The notes: generated by a model not told the origin, from the letters alone. Shown: positions 1-12,879, counted from the whole stretch's first letter. The stretch is 63,110 nucleotides of DNA, filler included, from Octopus bimaculoides (GCF_001194135.2; 6 parts of 3 records of this genome joined end to end with filler, not necessarily neighbours in it); one strand, 5' to 3'. Numbers and translations are program-made.

Positions 1-721
1 AGTTTATATTGGGTAAAGGTAGATACTACATGTAAATACTGGATTGCCACCTGCAGATTTCTGGCTGCTTAATTGGTTAAATTGTCAGGGATTTTAATGA
101 AATTCTTTCGACCTTAGATCTAACAGCAATCAGGACATTGGTAAAAAAAAATTCTCTTTCTATTTGTCTGTCTGTCTCTCAGTGTCTCTGTCGCTCTCTC
201 TCTCTCTCTCTTTCTCTCATGATTTTCACTGATGCACACAGCAATAATAAAATAATGACAGTAGTAGTAGTAGTAGTAGTAGTAGTAGCAGCGGCAGCAG
301 CGGCGGTGGTGGTGGTGTCATCGTTGTCATGATGATGATGCTGCTACTGGTAAAATAGGTGTGCTTGTTATGTTGCTGTGATGATTGCAGTGTGATGTTG
401 GTTGTATTGCAGTGTTGGTTTTACTAGGATGGTGATTACTAGAGATTTAGTGTTTATAAGGAAAGGATAGAGGAAAGAGACAATGTAATCCTAGAAACAC
501 TGTGATTGAAAAGTAGATAAGATAGTCATAACTAGAAGGCCTCTCAACTCGAAGCTAATCAACAACAACAACAAAAACAGTCATATTAACATGTCACTCT
601 TACAAATTACAAATTTTGCTAATAAATTTCATTGAACAAAGATTCTCTGTTCCACTATGTTTTTATTCTATTTTTCTATGCTTTAACACATAGTTACTAT
701 AAGAATTTACTCAAATTTCAG

Positions 722-875
722 ACATTGGAGGCATGTGGCTGCATGGTTAGGGTATGGACTCATGATTGTAAGGATGGTGGTTTCAATTCCTGGACAGGGT
801 GGCGCATTGTGTTTTTGAGCAAAACACTTCATTTCCCATTTCTCCAGTTCACTCAGCTGGCAAAAATGAGTAATC
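722..875 (+). mobile_element. tRNA-derived SINE, family D (degenerate)
   Basis: A-box-like TGGCTGCATGGTTAG, B-box-like GTTTCAATTCC, then GAGCAAAACACTTCATTTC..CACTCAGCTGGC shared with copies at 11850, 46605, 50135, 50680 and 53535. Confidence 0.75.
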
Positions 876-1258
876 TTGTGGTGTCTCGTCCAAGTGGAGA
901 ATATACAAAGAGCTTGCTTTCAAAACCAGATATATGAATTTTGAGTAATTGTTTAAAACAACAACTTGAATATATCTGATTTTGATTGGAAGACTAAGAT
1001 TCACTTATGGCATCCAGTCCAGTTTAACTGAAAAAATTCCATGTGCATGAAACCTGCAGTTTGCAGGTTGTGTTTTAATGGTTATCATGAAATCGACCAA
1101 ATATGCACTTATCCCAGCTTTGAAAGTAAGCTCCTCATATATGCCATGAAACTGGGAAGCCGGCCTTTGTGAGTCAGTATGACACAAGAGGGTAACTTTT
1201 TTGATATAATATCAGTAGCCTTTCATAATGGCACACAGCATTCACATGAAGCTACCAG

Positions 1259-1303
<45 letters not shown>

Positions 1304-1336
1304 CCTGTTCCTGTCTTTGCACCTTGATTTGGAAAA

Positions 1337-1466
1337 CTTGTCGGGTTTTCATTTTCACGCGTTATGACCGAACGCATCGAGCAGAAACCATAAACCCGTC
1401 TCTGATTACCAGTGATGATGGTCTTCATGAAGTCTGAGTCATGGTTTCCACAGTACAGCATGTCTA
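1337..1466 (-). mobile_element. fragment of the mariner-derived fold-back element at 3615-4644
   Basis: reverse complement closely matches about 4331-4460, including the same transposase/inverted-5'-end junction. Confidence 0.85.
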
Positions 1467-1791
1467 CAAGATGTACAACTCTATTAAATATCTCTTGGCT
1501 AAGCCTTGTTGATTTCTTTAACTGAGAAATTTAGAAAAAATAAATTAAATAGAAAAGGTTAGGGAAAGTCTCTGAGGTTATCAATATTTCAGGAGAAAAC
1601 AGGATGTTCCTGAAAAAATATTGTCATGTCAGTGATTTTTCTGTTAGATAAGAATTTGGGTATCTTCTAACTAATATTACTGATTAGGTTTTTAAACCTA
1701 TGAGCAATGATAAGATGAAATATTGTGCTACACTAATTTGTTGGTTTAGTAGTATTAGCACGACCCTAATATTATTTAATTTGCAAAAAGT

Positions 1792-2008
1792 TGGTGAGCT
1801 GGCAGAGTCATTAGCACACTGGGCAAAAAGCTTAACAGCATTTCATTTGTCTTTACATTCTGAGTTCAAATTCTGCTGAGGTCAACTGTGCCTTTCACCA
1901 TTTCAGGGTCAATAAAACAAGTAACAGATGGATAGAGGGATTGATGTAATTGACTTACCCCATCCCCACTGCCCAAATTGCCAGCCTTGTACTAAAATTT
2001 GAAATCAA
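1792..2008 (+). mobile_element. tRNA-derived SINE, family A
   Basis: GGTGAGCTGGCAGA head, TTCTGAGTTCAAATT B-box-like, GAGGTCAAC..CCTTTCA body; many copies in the window. Confidence 0.8.
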
Positions 2009-2133
2009 CACTACTGATTAGATTTTTAAAACTATGGGCAATGGCAAAATGAAATATTGTGCTACATTAATATGCTGGTTCAGTAGTATTAGCTATAAAC
2101 ATGACTCTGATGTTATTTGATATGACAAAGCAG

Positions 2134-2372
2134 TCAGTTGGCAGAACTGTAACCATGCCAGGCAAAATGCTTAGCAACATTTCTATCTTTATAATTCTGA
2201 GTTCAAATTCTACTGCAGTTGACTTTGCTTGTCATCCTTTCAGGATCGATTAAAATAAGTTCCAGTTGGGCACTGGGGTGGATAAAATAAGTACCAGTTG
2301 AGTACTGGGGTCGATGTAATTGACTTTCCCTTTCCCCCAAATTGCTGGCCTTGTGCTAAACTTTGACACCAA
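2134..2372 (+). mobile_element. tRNA-derived SINE, family A
   Basis: same motifs as the 1792 copy; includes a short internal duplication. Confidence 0.8.
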
Positions 2373-2864
2373 TATTATTCAATTCTATGTCATTGAACTG
2401 TATCCTTCTGTTTCTAACTTTCTACTCCTCTGCAGTCTAAACTTCACTTTAGTGGATAAAACTCTGCTTTTTAACAAAGATTCAGCCTGGTCTAAATAAA
2501 ATAAAATCACACAGATTCCTTTAACTTCTGTACCTTATTGTTCAATAGTGCCAATGTTTGTGATGTTATTGTATTATATATACTAGACATGATAAGCAAG
2601 AATTTTGCTACATTAGATATTAGAGTATATGGAGATAATATACATATTAATAATATATATATATATTAAATAATAATATATGTAATGTAAAGGATATGAC
2701 AATCAACAACAGAAAAATGATGAACATAAGCTACACATTGAGTTTTTCAAAAAGCAATACATATGCATATGTATGTTCACATCGTGTATATATATGGATA
2801 AATAAAATTAACCTGTTCACATAAAAAATTAAATATATGCAAGCATAACTTTGTGGAAAGAAGA

Positions 2865-3612
2865 TTGGGTTCAATCTCACTTTGGATAAGTGTCTTCTAC
2901 TATAGTCTTGTGAGTGGATTTGGTAGACAGAAACTGAATGAAGCCCGTCATATATATATATATAACAAAAGAGGGGGTGTATTTCCACGCAGTAAAAAAA
3001 ATATATATGTATATGGTAATGTTTATATGCCAACAGAATGTGGTAGTCCTATAAAGGGCGATGTTACTGTTGTTTTACCCCCAGAAAAACATCTTTTCCA
3101 GTTGGCTATCGACACACAGTTTGTATCCGTATAGCATTTGCAAGGGAGGTTATTGCTCCCATCTCTAGCCTTACGTGATACTCACAGACCTAGGTTTCTG
3201 GATGTTACCCGTCCTTGCAAATGCTATACGGATACAAACTGTGTGTCGAAATATGTTTTCCTGGAGCTAAAACAACAATAACATCGTCCTTTATAGGGCT
3301 GCCACATTCTGTTGGCATATAAACAACTATCCGGTACTGTTACTGTATATGTCTCGCTCAGAGATTTAAACAAGTTTTTTCTCTACATATGTATGTATGT
3401 ATCTCTGTGTGTGTCGTTGTGTTTGTCTCCCACCACCGCTTGATAACAGTGTTGGTGTGTTTACGTCCCTGTAACTTAGCGGTTCGACAAAAATGACAGA
3501 TAGAATAAGAACTAGGCTTAAAAAGTAAGTCCTGGGTCGATTTGTTCGACTAAGACCCTTCAAGGCGTTGCCCCAGCGTAGCCGCGGTCAAATGACTGAA
3601 ACAAGTAAAAGA
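2865..3612 (+). mobile_element. SINE family B, split by a MITE inserted in its internal microsatellite
   Basis: 5' part (TCTTCTACTATAG..GTAGACAGAAACTGAATGAAGCCCGTC) at about 2865-2950 and 3' part (GTTTGTCTCCCACC..CAAATGACTGAAACAAGTAAAAGA) at about 3370-3612 match the full copy at 54249-54710. Confidence 0.8.
3021..3324. mobile_element. fold-back (long inverted repeat) MITE-like element
   Basis: arms 3021-3145 and 3213-3324 are inverted repeats; the inner 37 bp TCGACACACAGTTTGTATCCGTATAGCATTTGCAAGG are perfectly complementary. Confidence 0.85.
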
Positions 3613-3614
3613 TA

Positions 3615-4644
3615 CGAGGTGAGTTCAAAAAGCATCCAACTTTATACCNNNNNNNNNNNNNNNNNNNNNNNNNNNNNNNNNNNNNNNNNNNNNNNNNNNN
3701 NNNNNNNNNNNNNNNNNNNNNNNNNNNNNNNNNNNNNNNNNNNNNNNNNNNNNNNNNNNNNNNNNNNNNNNNNNNNNNNNNNNNNNNNNNNNNNNNNNNN
3801 NNNNNGGGAGGTGAAGCCATCTTTCCTGCGTATGTGTGAAAAGTTTCGCGCCGGTAAGCCGCGTCAGTTCCTAACTGTTCCGCCTAGAGTACAGAGTGTA
3901 ATGCGTGCTCGTCGGATTTTCGTTTTCGCCAAACGCATTGAGCAGAGATATTGCATCATGATTTGCCAAAAGTTTGGAGATACTTAAGCTCAAACTGTCT
4001 AGAAGATTCAACAGGCCTTTGTCGATGATGTCACGAGCAAAAGTCAGATCAAGGAGCTGTACAACCGCTTCAAACATGACGCACCTCAGTGGAGAGCGAG
4101 GCACGTTCAGGTAGGCCACCCACAAGCCAAAACGAGGAGCCGATTGAGAAGGTTCGGCAAATAGACATGAAATACCGTTGTGTAACAATCCAGGAAATTG
4201 CTCACTAAGTGGGAATAAGCACAGAATCAGCGCCTTTCATTTTAATGGAGGATTTGTGCATGCGGAAATTTTCGGTGAAATTTGTCCCTACGGTGCTGGT
4301 GGAGCAGCAGAAGCAACTCCGTATGGAAATCGTTCAGGATATGCTGTACTGTGGAAACCACGACTCAGACTTCATGAAGACCATCCTCACTGGTGATTAG
4401 AGACGGGTTTATGGTTTCTGCTCGATGCGTTCGGTCATCATGCGTGAAAACGAAAAACCGACGAGTGCCCACTACACGTCTGTACTCTAGGCGTAACAGC
4501 TGGGAAGTGATGCGGCCTACCGGCGCGAACATTTTAACGCATGTGCATAAAGGGTGGCTTCACCACCCATCGAAAGAATTTTGCCCATGCACCATTGATT
4601 TTGGCAGGAAAAAATAAAATTGGATACTTTTTTAACGCACCATG
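3615..4644 (+). mobile_element. non-autonomous mariner derivative: transposase 5' half plus an inverted copy of the 5' end
   Basis: TIR CGAGGTGAGTTCAAAAAGCATCCAACTTT after TA, with a degenerate complement at 4616-4644; broken transposase RIEQRYCI..KFVPTVL..FMKTILTGD (HTH region plus first catalytic D); about 3806-3950 and 4415-4570 are inverted repeats. Confidence 0.9.
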
Positions 4645-5085
4645 TGTCTTATATAATTAAAACACATTGGTGTTTCGTTTGCTTATAGATAACCAAATTT
4701 AGTCGTGTGTTAACTCAACTGCCCTTTCAGTATTAAAAATAAGATGCCGTTTCGAGATACAAATGCCGAAAGTATCTCGAAAATTTTTCAGGCTTATGCA
4801 CATTAAAACATTAATATAGAGATTTATTTTTATTGCTGAGGAATTTTTTGAAATTATAAATTTTGTGCAATACGCTTTTAAAATTTAAATAGAAAATTGA
4901 AGAATCAAACGTTCTAGAGTTGATCCTTTAGTGAGGTAACTGACATGTGGGTTTTCCAAATGGCGTGTTCTATGTTGTGATGTTATGCATGGCAAGCAAT
5001 TAAATTAAGACAGGTTCTGAATACATGTTATATTTATTATCAACTTGAGTGGTTCAAAGGCGAATGCATGGAATAACAGAGTAGA

Positions 5086-5383
5086 TGTATACAAACGTGT
5101 TATTTTATCTAAAGGCTGCTAAGTTACAAGTCCAAGACATCAGGTTAGCTCTGTGTGACCGCAGAAGTCGAGCGGTCAGGCGAAGAGCTAATGTGCCAGA
5201 GAATGCCAGGCAAGAAGAGGAAGAGAGAAAATTTCGCGGTACTTTGCTTTTTATATCAACCGCTGGTAATGCCACCTATCGGCATTCCTACTGGAAGTTG
5301 CAACATATTCCGGAATAACCTATAGCGAAGTAGGAAACGCAACTCTCGTTTATTTCCCTTTCTCTCTAGTAGAGTTCTCTACA
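5086..5383 (-). mobile_element. 3' LTR of a Ty3/Gypsy element
   Basis: minus strand begins TGTAGAG right after purine-rich AAAGGTGGGAGTATC (PPT-like, 5384-5398), ends GTATACA, contains AATAAA; the distal boundary is inferred. Confidence 0.6.
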
Positions 5384-7550
5384 GATACTCCCACCTTTCG
5401 ACGACCAGTCGAAAAAGTCAAGACTCTGTAACAGAGGACCGGAAAGAAAAGGCGAGCTAAGGTACAATTGTTTACTACAAAACAGAAAATGCAAAAACAT
5501 AACTATTCCAAAGAACAAAATGTATGCACATGTGGAACAACAAAAGCGAAGTGGAACAACAAAACAGTTCAAAAGTTGATGCATGAGAAGGAAGTTTAAA
5601 TATACATAGTCCTGCAGTTTTTTTGGGGGGGTGCGGGGCAGTGTACACGATGACCACTACGAGTCGTCGTGGCGAGTGTTGATGAAGGGAACGGTGCATG
5701 TGCTTTTGGAAGTGGTGATTTCGTGGGCGCGGTGCTTGTAGTTTGTTGCGGTGTGTACTGGAGGGGAATGTTTGGCTCTGGAGTGAGGGCCTCAGAAAAA
5801 GCACGCCTCACCCTGAATCATCATAAAGAAACACATGAGCCCAAGTAGCAATTTCTGCTGGAACAACAATAGGAACAATCTGATGTCGAAAAGACATCGG
5901 TGGAAGATCTGCGAAGTACGTTTGCAGTCTATGTACATAACATGCAGGATCTTGAGTCGATAAGTTCACAGGTGCCAACATCTTGCCTGGTAGAGATAAT
6001 GGGGAACCGTAGGAGAATATCCTTAATTCTCTTTCACTGATGAGCGACAACCCAATAGAACAACAGGCAGGCATTCGCTCCATCGATGAGGATCCGGATA
6101 GGCACATAATGACGCGTTTACTTGCCGGTGGTACCGTTCCACCATGCCATTCGAGGTTGAATGATAACTAGTCGTCCGAATATGGCAAACTCCTAAGATG
6201 TTTGAAAGTTGTTGGAAAAGCTGGGATTTGAATTGCATCCTGCAGTTGGTAGTAATCCTCAATGCAACGCCAAAATGTGAAATCCAACCTAACATGAGGG
6301 TTTGCGCCACTGATTCTGCGTTGATATCTACCAGAAGAATGGCTTCAGGTCAACGTGAAAAGCGGTAGATACAGTTAAGTATATAAATGGATCCTCGACT
6401 AACCGGCCAAGGACCAAGTCAATATGGATGTGTTGAAAACGAGCATCCGGATTTTCGAAGGTATCGAGAGGTGCACGAACAAGTCTATGTACTTTAGAGT
6501 GTTGGCATTGCAGACAAGAACGTGACCAAGCAGTAATATTCCGTCGCATATTCGGCCAGAATAAAATAAGCCGTAATAAGCTTTACTGAAGCCGCTACGC
6601 CAGGATACGACAAGGTGTGCAAAGCGTTAAAAACAATCTGAGGATGATATTCAGGAACGAAAGGATGAAGCGAACCCGTAGAAACATCACGTAAAATATC
6701 TCGGTTGACAAAGGCAGCTGCTTGTATTTACAATTTTCAAATTCAGCAGACGAAGTGCCCAATGAAGCCAAAGAAGGCTGATCAGCAGCTAATGCGATCA
6801 AATCAATCGAATAAATAGACAACAACGAACAGACTGGTAGACGCAATAAACCATCAGCAACTACGTATACTGGATATCGCTAGAAAATTGCGGGATAAAA
6901 TCAAGATGCCGTGTCTCTCTAGGAAAGTATTTATCCGACTAAGAGGTTTATGATCTGTAAATACAGTGAAATCTCTTCCCTCGAGAAAATGATAGAAGAT
7001 GTTTGACAGCTAGATAAATCGCTAACAATTCTCTGCCGAAAGTGCTATAGCGTTTCTCGACTGGCTTGAGCTGGCGAGAATAGAATGCCAAAGGTTGCAA
7101 ATTTCCTTGATGAGGTTGCTGCAAAATAGCACCAACAGCTGAATCAGATGCATCAACAGCAAGCGAAAGCTTTAGCATCAGATTTGGGGTGTGCCAATAA
7201 CGATACTTTAGCAAGCTTATTTTTGACAGTCGGAAAAATCTCGATAAGTGACGGTGAAAGGAAGATAACCTGGTTCTTTTTCTTGCGGTCCTTCAAGAGA
7301 CCGTGCAGTGTGAGATAAACGCTGGTAAAAATCTACCAAACCCAGGAAATGGCGAAGCAGCTTAAGAGAAGTGGGAACAGGAAGATTCTGAATAGCTTGT
7401 ACCTTCAATGGAAGGGGTTGAATACCGTCGCGATCAATGATGTGACCCAAAATTCCAAAAGTGCAGCCGGCTGATCACATCACAAGAAAATCTGACATCA
7501 TTTGAGGTATATCCAGTTGGTTTCCTTGAACATCTCCTATGCCACGAAGA
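5384..7550 (-). pseudogene. degenerate Ty3/Gypsy pol (RT C-terminus, RNase H, integrase), 5'-truncated
   Basis: GHIIDRDGIQPLPLKVQAI..FLGLVDFY (RT/connection), VDASDSAVGAILQQ..PLAFYSRQL..YSTFGRELLAIY (RNase H), CLQCQHSK..HIHIDLV and SNGMVERYHRQ (integrase), TTRSGHRVH C-terminal motif; many frameshifts. Confidence 0.95.
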
Positions 7551-7552
7551 GT

Positions 7553-7715
7553 GTTGGTTCATCACTTTGAGCCAGAGATAAAGAGACAATCCAAATAGTG
7601 GAAACACCCCTCCTCACCTGCTCCAAAGCAGGCCAAGGTCGTTTCATCTGCAGGGAAGGTGATGGCCTCAGTTGTTTGAGATGCAAAAGGCAACTCTTGA
7701 AAGTTTATAAAATCC
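7553..7715 (+). mobile_element. mariner transposase internal fragment
   Basis: translates HHFEPEIKRQSK*WKHPSSPAPKQAKVVSSAGKVMASV, like the mariner YEPETKRQS..KVMASVFWD region. Confidence 0.8.
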
Positions 7716-7727
7716 TTATGACATCAG

Positions 7728-7787
<60 letters not shown>

Positions 7788-8550
7788 TCCGAGTTCTTTG
7801 GGAAAGTTTTGAGATCCATTTGCATTTTTCATTTGCCTCTTACACTTTGATCTCTTAAAAATTTGGATGCAAATTGTCTTTTGACTAACAGGTTGAACAT
7901 AATGATGACAGTATTAGTTAATGAGGAAGACTGTATACGAACTCTTGACCTGTTAAAGATAGTAGCCAAATCTAATTTGAATTACGCCCTATTGACTTTA
8001 AAAAGATGACCACTTCCATTATTTAGGTATGGTATGTCTGAAAATAAGACAATATGGCACGTGGTATACCTTTGACCACAGAACTGATCCAATGCATTCA
8101 AGGTGTCTCTTGTTGACTATAAGATGTCAGCAAGAGATACAAGCAAGAGCAACAAAACTTCAACTATGACAGCAACTACAACCAAATATAAAATAGGCCA
8201 ACAAAGAGCCTCAACATAGTTAGCCAATGTGCTAGAAACGATAGCCAAATCCCCCTTCAAATCACACAGTCTCCTTCAAAACACCATAATTAATAACAGA
8301 GACATTGAGAGTACAATTACATGTATAACAACATCAGTAATGTGTACAACAACAATGTTCAGAAACTTCTCATATATTAAATTTTAATCAAAGTAATAGA
8401 CATAAAGAAAGAAAGATGGAATGAGAGAAATAAATAAAATGAAAAACAAGAGAGAACAAGCTTTGAAAGAGAAAAGATTGAGTAAGAGTAGGCCAAAGTG
8501 AGAGGGAGGGAGAGAAATAAAGTCAGAGGTGCTGAGAAATGAGATCAGCA

Positions 8551-8584
<34 letters not shown>

Positions 8585-8844
8585 GTAATAATATTAATAA
8601 TAATACTGCAATGTGTCAGTCTCTGCTTGACTTCTTGTCTCTACAATAAGTAATCTATCTGTATGTTGTTATCAGGGCTATTTGAAAATCGCAGGAAAAT
8701 GTTTTGTATTAACATGTATTATATGGAAATGATGTCATGTATCTCACCGGATGAAATAGTAAATAAAAGTTAATGCTTACACAGAGATTTTTTTGTTTGA
8801 TTTCTTTTTCTTTATATTTGTTTGTTTTTAAGTTTGTCCTTTAG

Positions 8845-8915
8845 TTTTACATCTGTTTCATGCTGTGAATGCAGCTTGTCTTGTGCTGTGCATCTGGTAT
8901 GGTGTTGAGAAGCAT
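8845..8915 (+). CDS. candidate internal coding exon of an unidentified membrane protein
   Basis: long polypyrimidine tract ending CCTTTAG, GTATGT donor (8916, or alternatively 8920), stop-free frame xLHLFHAVNAACLVLCIWYGVEKH, higher GC than flanks; no homology recognised. Confidence 0.35.
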
Positions 8916-9184
8916 GTATGTATGTCTGCGTTATGTTTTTTTGTTTTCTTGTGTGTGGTGTTTAATATACTAAGCTTTGGTTCCTATTCAGTTCTGCTTA
9001 AGCTGGTCTCATGTACAGGTGTAGCTTAAAAAACGAAGAATTTGATCAGCCTTTTTAACCTGATCCAACTTTTTTTGTCATCAATGTGTGTGTGTGTGTA
9101 GCAGGTGTGGGGAGTTGTCCTGAAACTTTGATTGTGGTGTTGATTGGCAAACTTCTATTTATCAACTATTCTACCTCTTTATAT

Positions 9185-9576
9185 TGTTGGCACTGTTGGC
9201 ATTCCGTCGCTTACAATGTCAAGGGTTCCAGTTGATCCGATCAATGGAACAGCCTGCTCGTGAAATTAACGTGCAAGTGGCTGAGCACTCCACAGACACG
9301 TGTACCCTTAACGTAGTTCTTGGGGATATTCAGCATGACACAGAGTGTGACAAGGCTGGTCTTTTGAAATACAGGTACAACAGAAACAGGAAGTAAGAGT
9401 GAAAGAAAGTTGTGGCGGAAGAGTACAGCAGGGTTCGCCACCATCCCCTGCCGGAGCCTTGTGAAGCTTTAGGTGTTTTCACTCAATAAACACTCACAAC
9501 GCCCGGTCTGGGAATCGAAACCGTGATCCTATGACCGCGAGTCCGCTACCCTAACCACTGGGCCATTGTGCCTCCA
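9185..9576 (-). mobile_element. tRNA-derived SINE, family C (near full length)
   Basis: minus strand GGAGGCACAATGGCCCAGTGGTTAGG..GGTTTCGATTCCCAGACC; highly similar to 61443-61791. Confidence 0.9.
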
Positions 9577-10444
9577 CTTTATAATGTTATACAGGAAATA
9601 ACAGCCAAATTTCAGTTCATATCACGTCATCATAAAAATAGAGTACTTAGGAAACAGACAAGATGGCCACGCTTGGAATGCTTTTGATAATTGGCCTAAT
9701 TGATGTAACTGATCTTTGAATAAGTAAATATTAACAGCAGGAATGACAGGGCTCAAATGAGCTACGAGGAAAATTAGGTCTGAGCAGAATGAGATATAGT
9801 GTGCTACAGCATATATTACATTTGTATGAATATGTGATGCAAATGGAAGATGACTGTTGGATTAAAAAATACCCAAGCAATCAAAGTAGATAGAGTCTGT
9901 AGAAGAAAAAGCCCGAAAAAGATGAGAAACGGTAAAGGATTCTCTCAGAATGGTGAATGACACCATTCTGAGAGACATCCATAGATCTCTCTCTTCTCCA
10001 TTTACTACAACTGATCCACACTCTTACAACTTATCCAACCACATATCATCTCCTTCTCTCTCTTTCACCCACCATCTTACTTTCTTCTTCTGTTTACTGT
10101 ATTTGTTTTCCAATATTATTATTATTGTTTTACTTCTCAGAGTGCTCAGTCTTATTTGCTCTGGTAGATTCTGCAAGAGCAGACAGCAGCNNNNNNNNNN
10201 NNNNNNNNNNNNNNNNNNNNNNNNNNNNNNNNNNTTAATTAATTAANNNNNNNNNNNNNNNNNNNNNNNNNNNNNNNNNNNNNNNNNNNNTATATATACA
10301 AGTCTCACCTGCTACCTCATTTCATCCAGGCTGCTGACTTTTTTTTAATATATGATGTTACTTACAAAATTCTTGTTTTATTTATCTATTGTTAACAAAC
10401 AATAACATTCTATTTTTAGTGGCTTCAAATGAAACAATGTTTAA

Positions 10445-10635
10445 TATTGATTTCAAATTTTGGCATAAGTGGAGGGGTAAGTCAATTACATCACCCTCAG
10501 TACTCAACTTGTACCTATTTTATTGACTCCAAAAGGATAAAAAGCAATGTCGACCTCAGAGGAATTTGAACTCAGAATATGATGATGAACAAAATGTCAC
10601 TAAGCATTTCGTCTGGTATGCTAATGATTCTGCTA
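10445..10635 (-). mobile_element. SINE family A
   Basis: reverse-complement family A motifs (GTCGACCTCAGAGGAATTTGAACTCAGAA on plus). Confidence 0.75.
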
Positions 10636-10892
10636 GCTCACTGCCTTGTAACAATGTTTAATGTTAATGGAAAAAGAATGAGAATCCTACACTTGGTAAA
10701 AAAAAATGAGAGTTTCTCCAGATACAGTATTTTAAGCAGCAAATGTTTACATCTTCCTAACTGAATAGAGCAATAAAGACTAAGAATGTCTCATATGCTG
10801 TTTCAATATAGTTTGCATGAAAAGCAGGAGTGACTCAAAAATATTTACATGTGTTTAAAGAAAACAGGTAGACTGGCTGGCACCATATTTAC

Positions 10893-11019
10893 CTCTAAGT
10901 CACAATTTCCTCCATTCATGCTTTAACTCTTCACTGCTTGTGAATACATTACACACGCCAATTCGTATGTTGTTAAATGTTGAGATTCCTTCATTCCAAA
11001 AGATGACATTTAAAGAAAA
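10893..11019 (-). other. candidate exon (UTR, or start exon encoding MNGGNCDLE)
   Basis: long poly-T tract plus AG acceptor and GAG|GTAAAT donor; stops in all full frames; ATG preceded by an in-frame stop. Confidence 0.25.
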
Positions 11020-11237
11020 CTAAAAAAAAAAAAAAAACTGTAGTCTTGTATTGATCAGGATTTCATTTTGTTTTATTCACTTTCACCCATAAGACATATA
11101 AAAATGTCTAATCTGGCCTACCTCCAAAAACGTTTGCCAACCTCTGGGTTATTATGTAAAAATATCAAGGACTCAATAGATGAATCAACTGTACAGTAAT
11201 ATATTGATTATTGACTGACAGCTATTGATAGCAAGGG

Positions 11238-11290
<53 letters not shown>

Positions 11291-11849
11291 AAGTGTGTGT
11301 GTTAACTAAGTAATTGGGTATTTTATTGGTATGTAAATGTGATGGGATCCCACTCATAAAATAATTTAGTATATCACTAAATGGTTACCCATGGTATAAG
11401 CTCTAAATTAGAGCTCAGTTAGATATCAAAATATTCTAAAGAGATTTTCATAGTTTCCTTTGTTTTCTTTTGTTTCTGCTTTGTGTTTATAAGGATTTCT
11501 TAATTGGCACAATATCATACACTTAGAGGAGAGTGCTATATTTCTCTATATTTCTGGAATTACATAAATTCTTTACTCTATCCACTACATCGTTTGTGTG
11601 TCTGCTATTTTGTTTTATTGAGTTCAGTTATTTAATTGTTCTAATTGTTTTTTTGGTGTTCTCAGGTTATAAGTTAAAAACCATCTTAATGATATGAATG
11701 CATGCAAATATTGGACTTCTGAAAAGTATCAGAGTCAATAGCCTAAAGAATTTAAATTGTCATAATTATATGCAGTAGAATCAATCCCACTATATGATTA
11801 CTGCTTGATTAGATGTTTTAATTGAGTTGTTAAGATTATTAAGGGTTTT

Positions 11850-12120
11850 TATTAACTTAGTGGTTGGATTGCTGCACTCACAAAAATTTGCGAGACTGGT
11901 TTTGATTCTAGACAAGGCAGTGCATTGTTTTCTTGAACAAAACACTTCATTTCATATTGCTCTGCAGTCGCTCCAACATCTGACTTGTGGCAAACCTTGC
12001 ATCTGTACAGGCAATATCAATTTTATGGAGGGAGTAAGCTAATGTTCAGTACAAACCTTTGATCACTATAAACAAATCATCTGTGCAAGTTGTTCAATGA
12101 GGAATTGCAGAATTGTCTTT
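11850..12120 (+). mobile_element. SINE family D (degenerate)
   Basis: TTAGTGGTT A-box-like; TTCTTGAACAAAACACTTCATTTCATATTGCTC body. Confidence 0.65.
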
Positions 12121-12879
12121 CTTGAACTCAAGAGATTATCAACAAACCAACAATTAAGATTATAATTTTTTAGATTATTAATTTCATTTTTAGAATGTTT
12201 ACCTATACTAAATCTTGATTAATTTGATCTCTGATTAGTTTTATTAGAATTTTTATCTCCACTACATTTTAATTAATTTGATTAGTTTTAGATGAGATTC
12301 AAACTAGGCTTATGCACATATTGAAGAATAATTCATGATGATGATTAGAGATTGAACCATTTAAAATAATATAAATATAAATATTATAAATAATATATTC
12401 TAAAGTGATTAGTTGTCCAGAACATTAAAATCTTAATGACAATTACTTATTTTATTTCCCCAGAAGAAATGAAATACAAAATTGACCTTGCAGGATTTGA
12501 ATTCAGACTGTAGACTGATAAAATTAAATATAATTTTGACTAGTGTTTTACCATTTCTTCTACACCATCACCACCACGGCCACACTAATTTAAATATCAG
12601 CGTAACATAAATCTTGTCTTTTAATTTGATACAAGTTATTGCCATACACTCTCTTTCTCATCTAGTTCTGTACATTCAGTCCATTTTCTGATGTTTTCAG
12701 TCTATAGTTTGAAATTATCTCTTATTTATTGATTTTCATTAAATACCGGAAGTTCTTTCAGAATGCAGTCTATAGTAGTATTAATTTTTTTTCTTAAATT
12801 TTAAACATTTCAGCTTTCTAAACACTTTTGATAACTGCTGTGATACACTCATGTTTGGTTAAATTGACCTCTGCCATTT

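Noticed and set aside
10235-10246. TTAATTAATTAA island centred in 100-bp N gaps (also 40693, 53366, 55913, 58629)
   Set aside because: It is a palindromic six-frame-stop linker placed in scaffold gaps: an assembly artefact, not biology.
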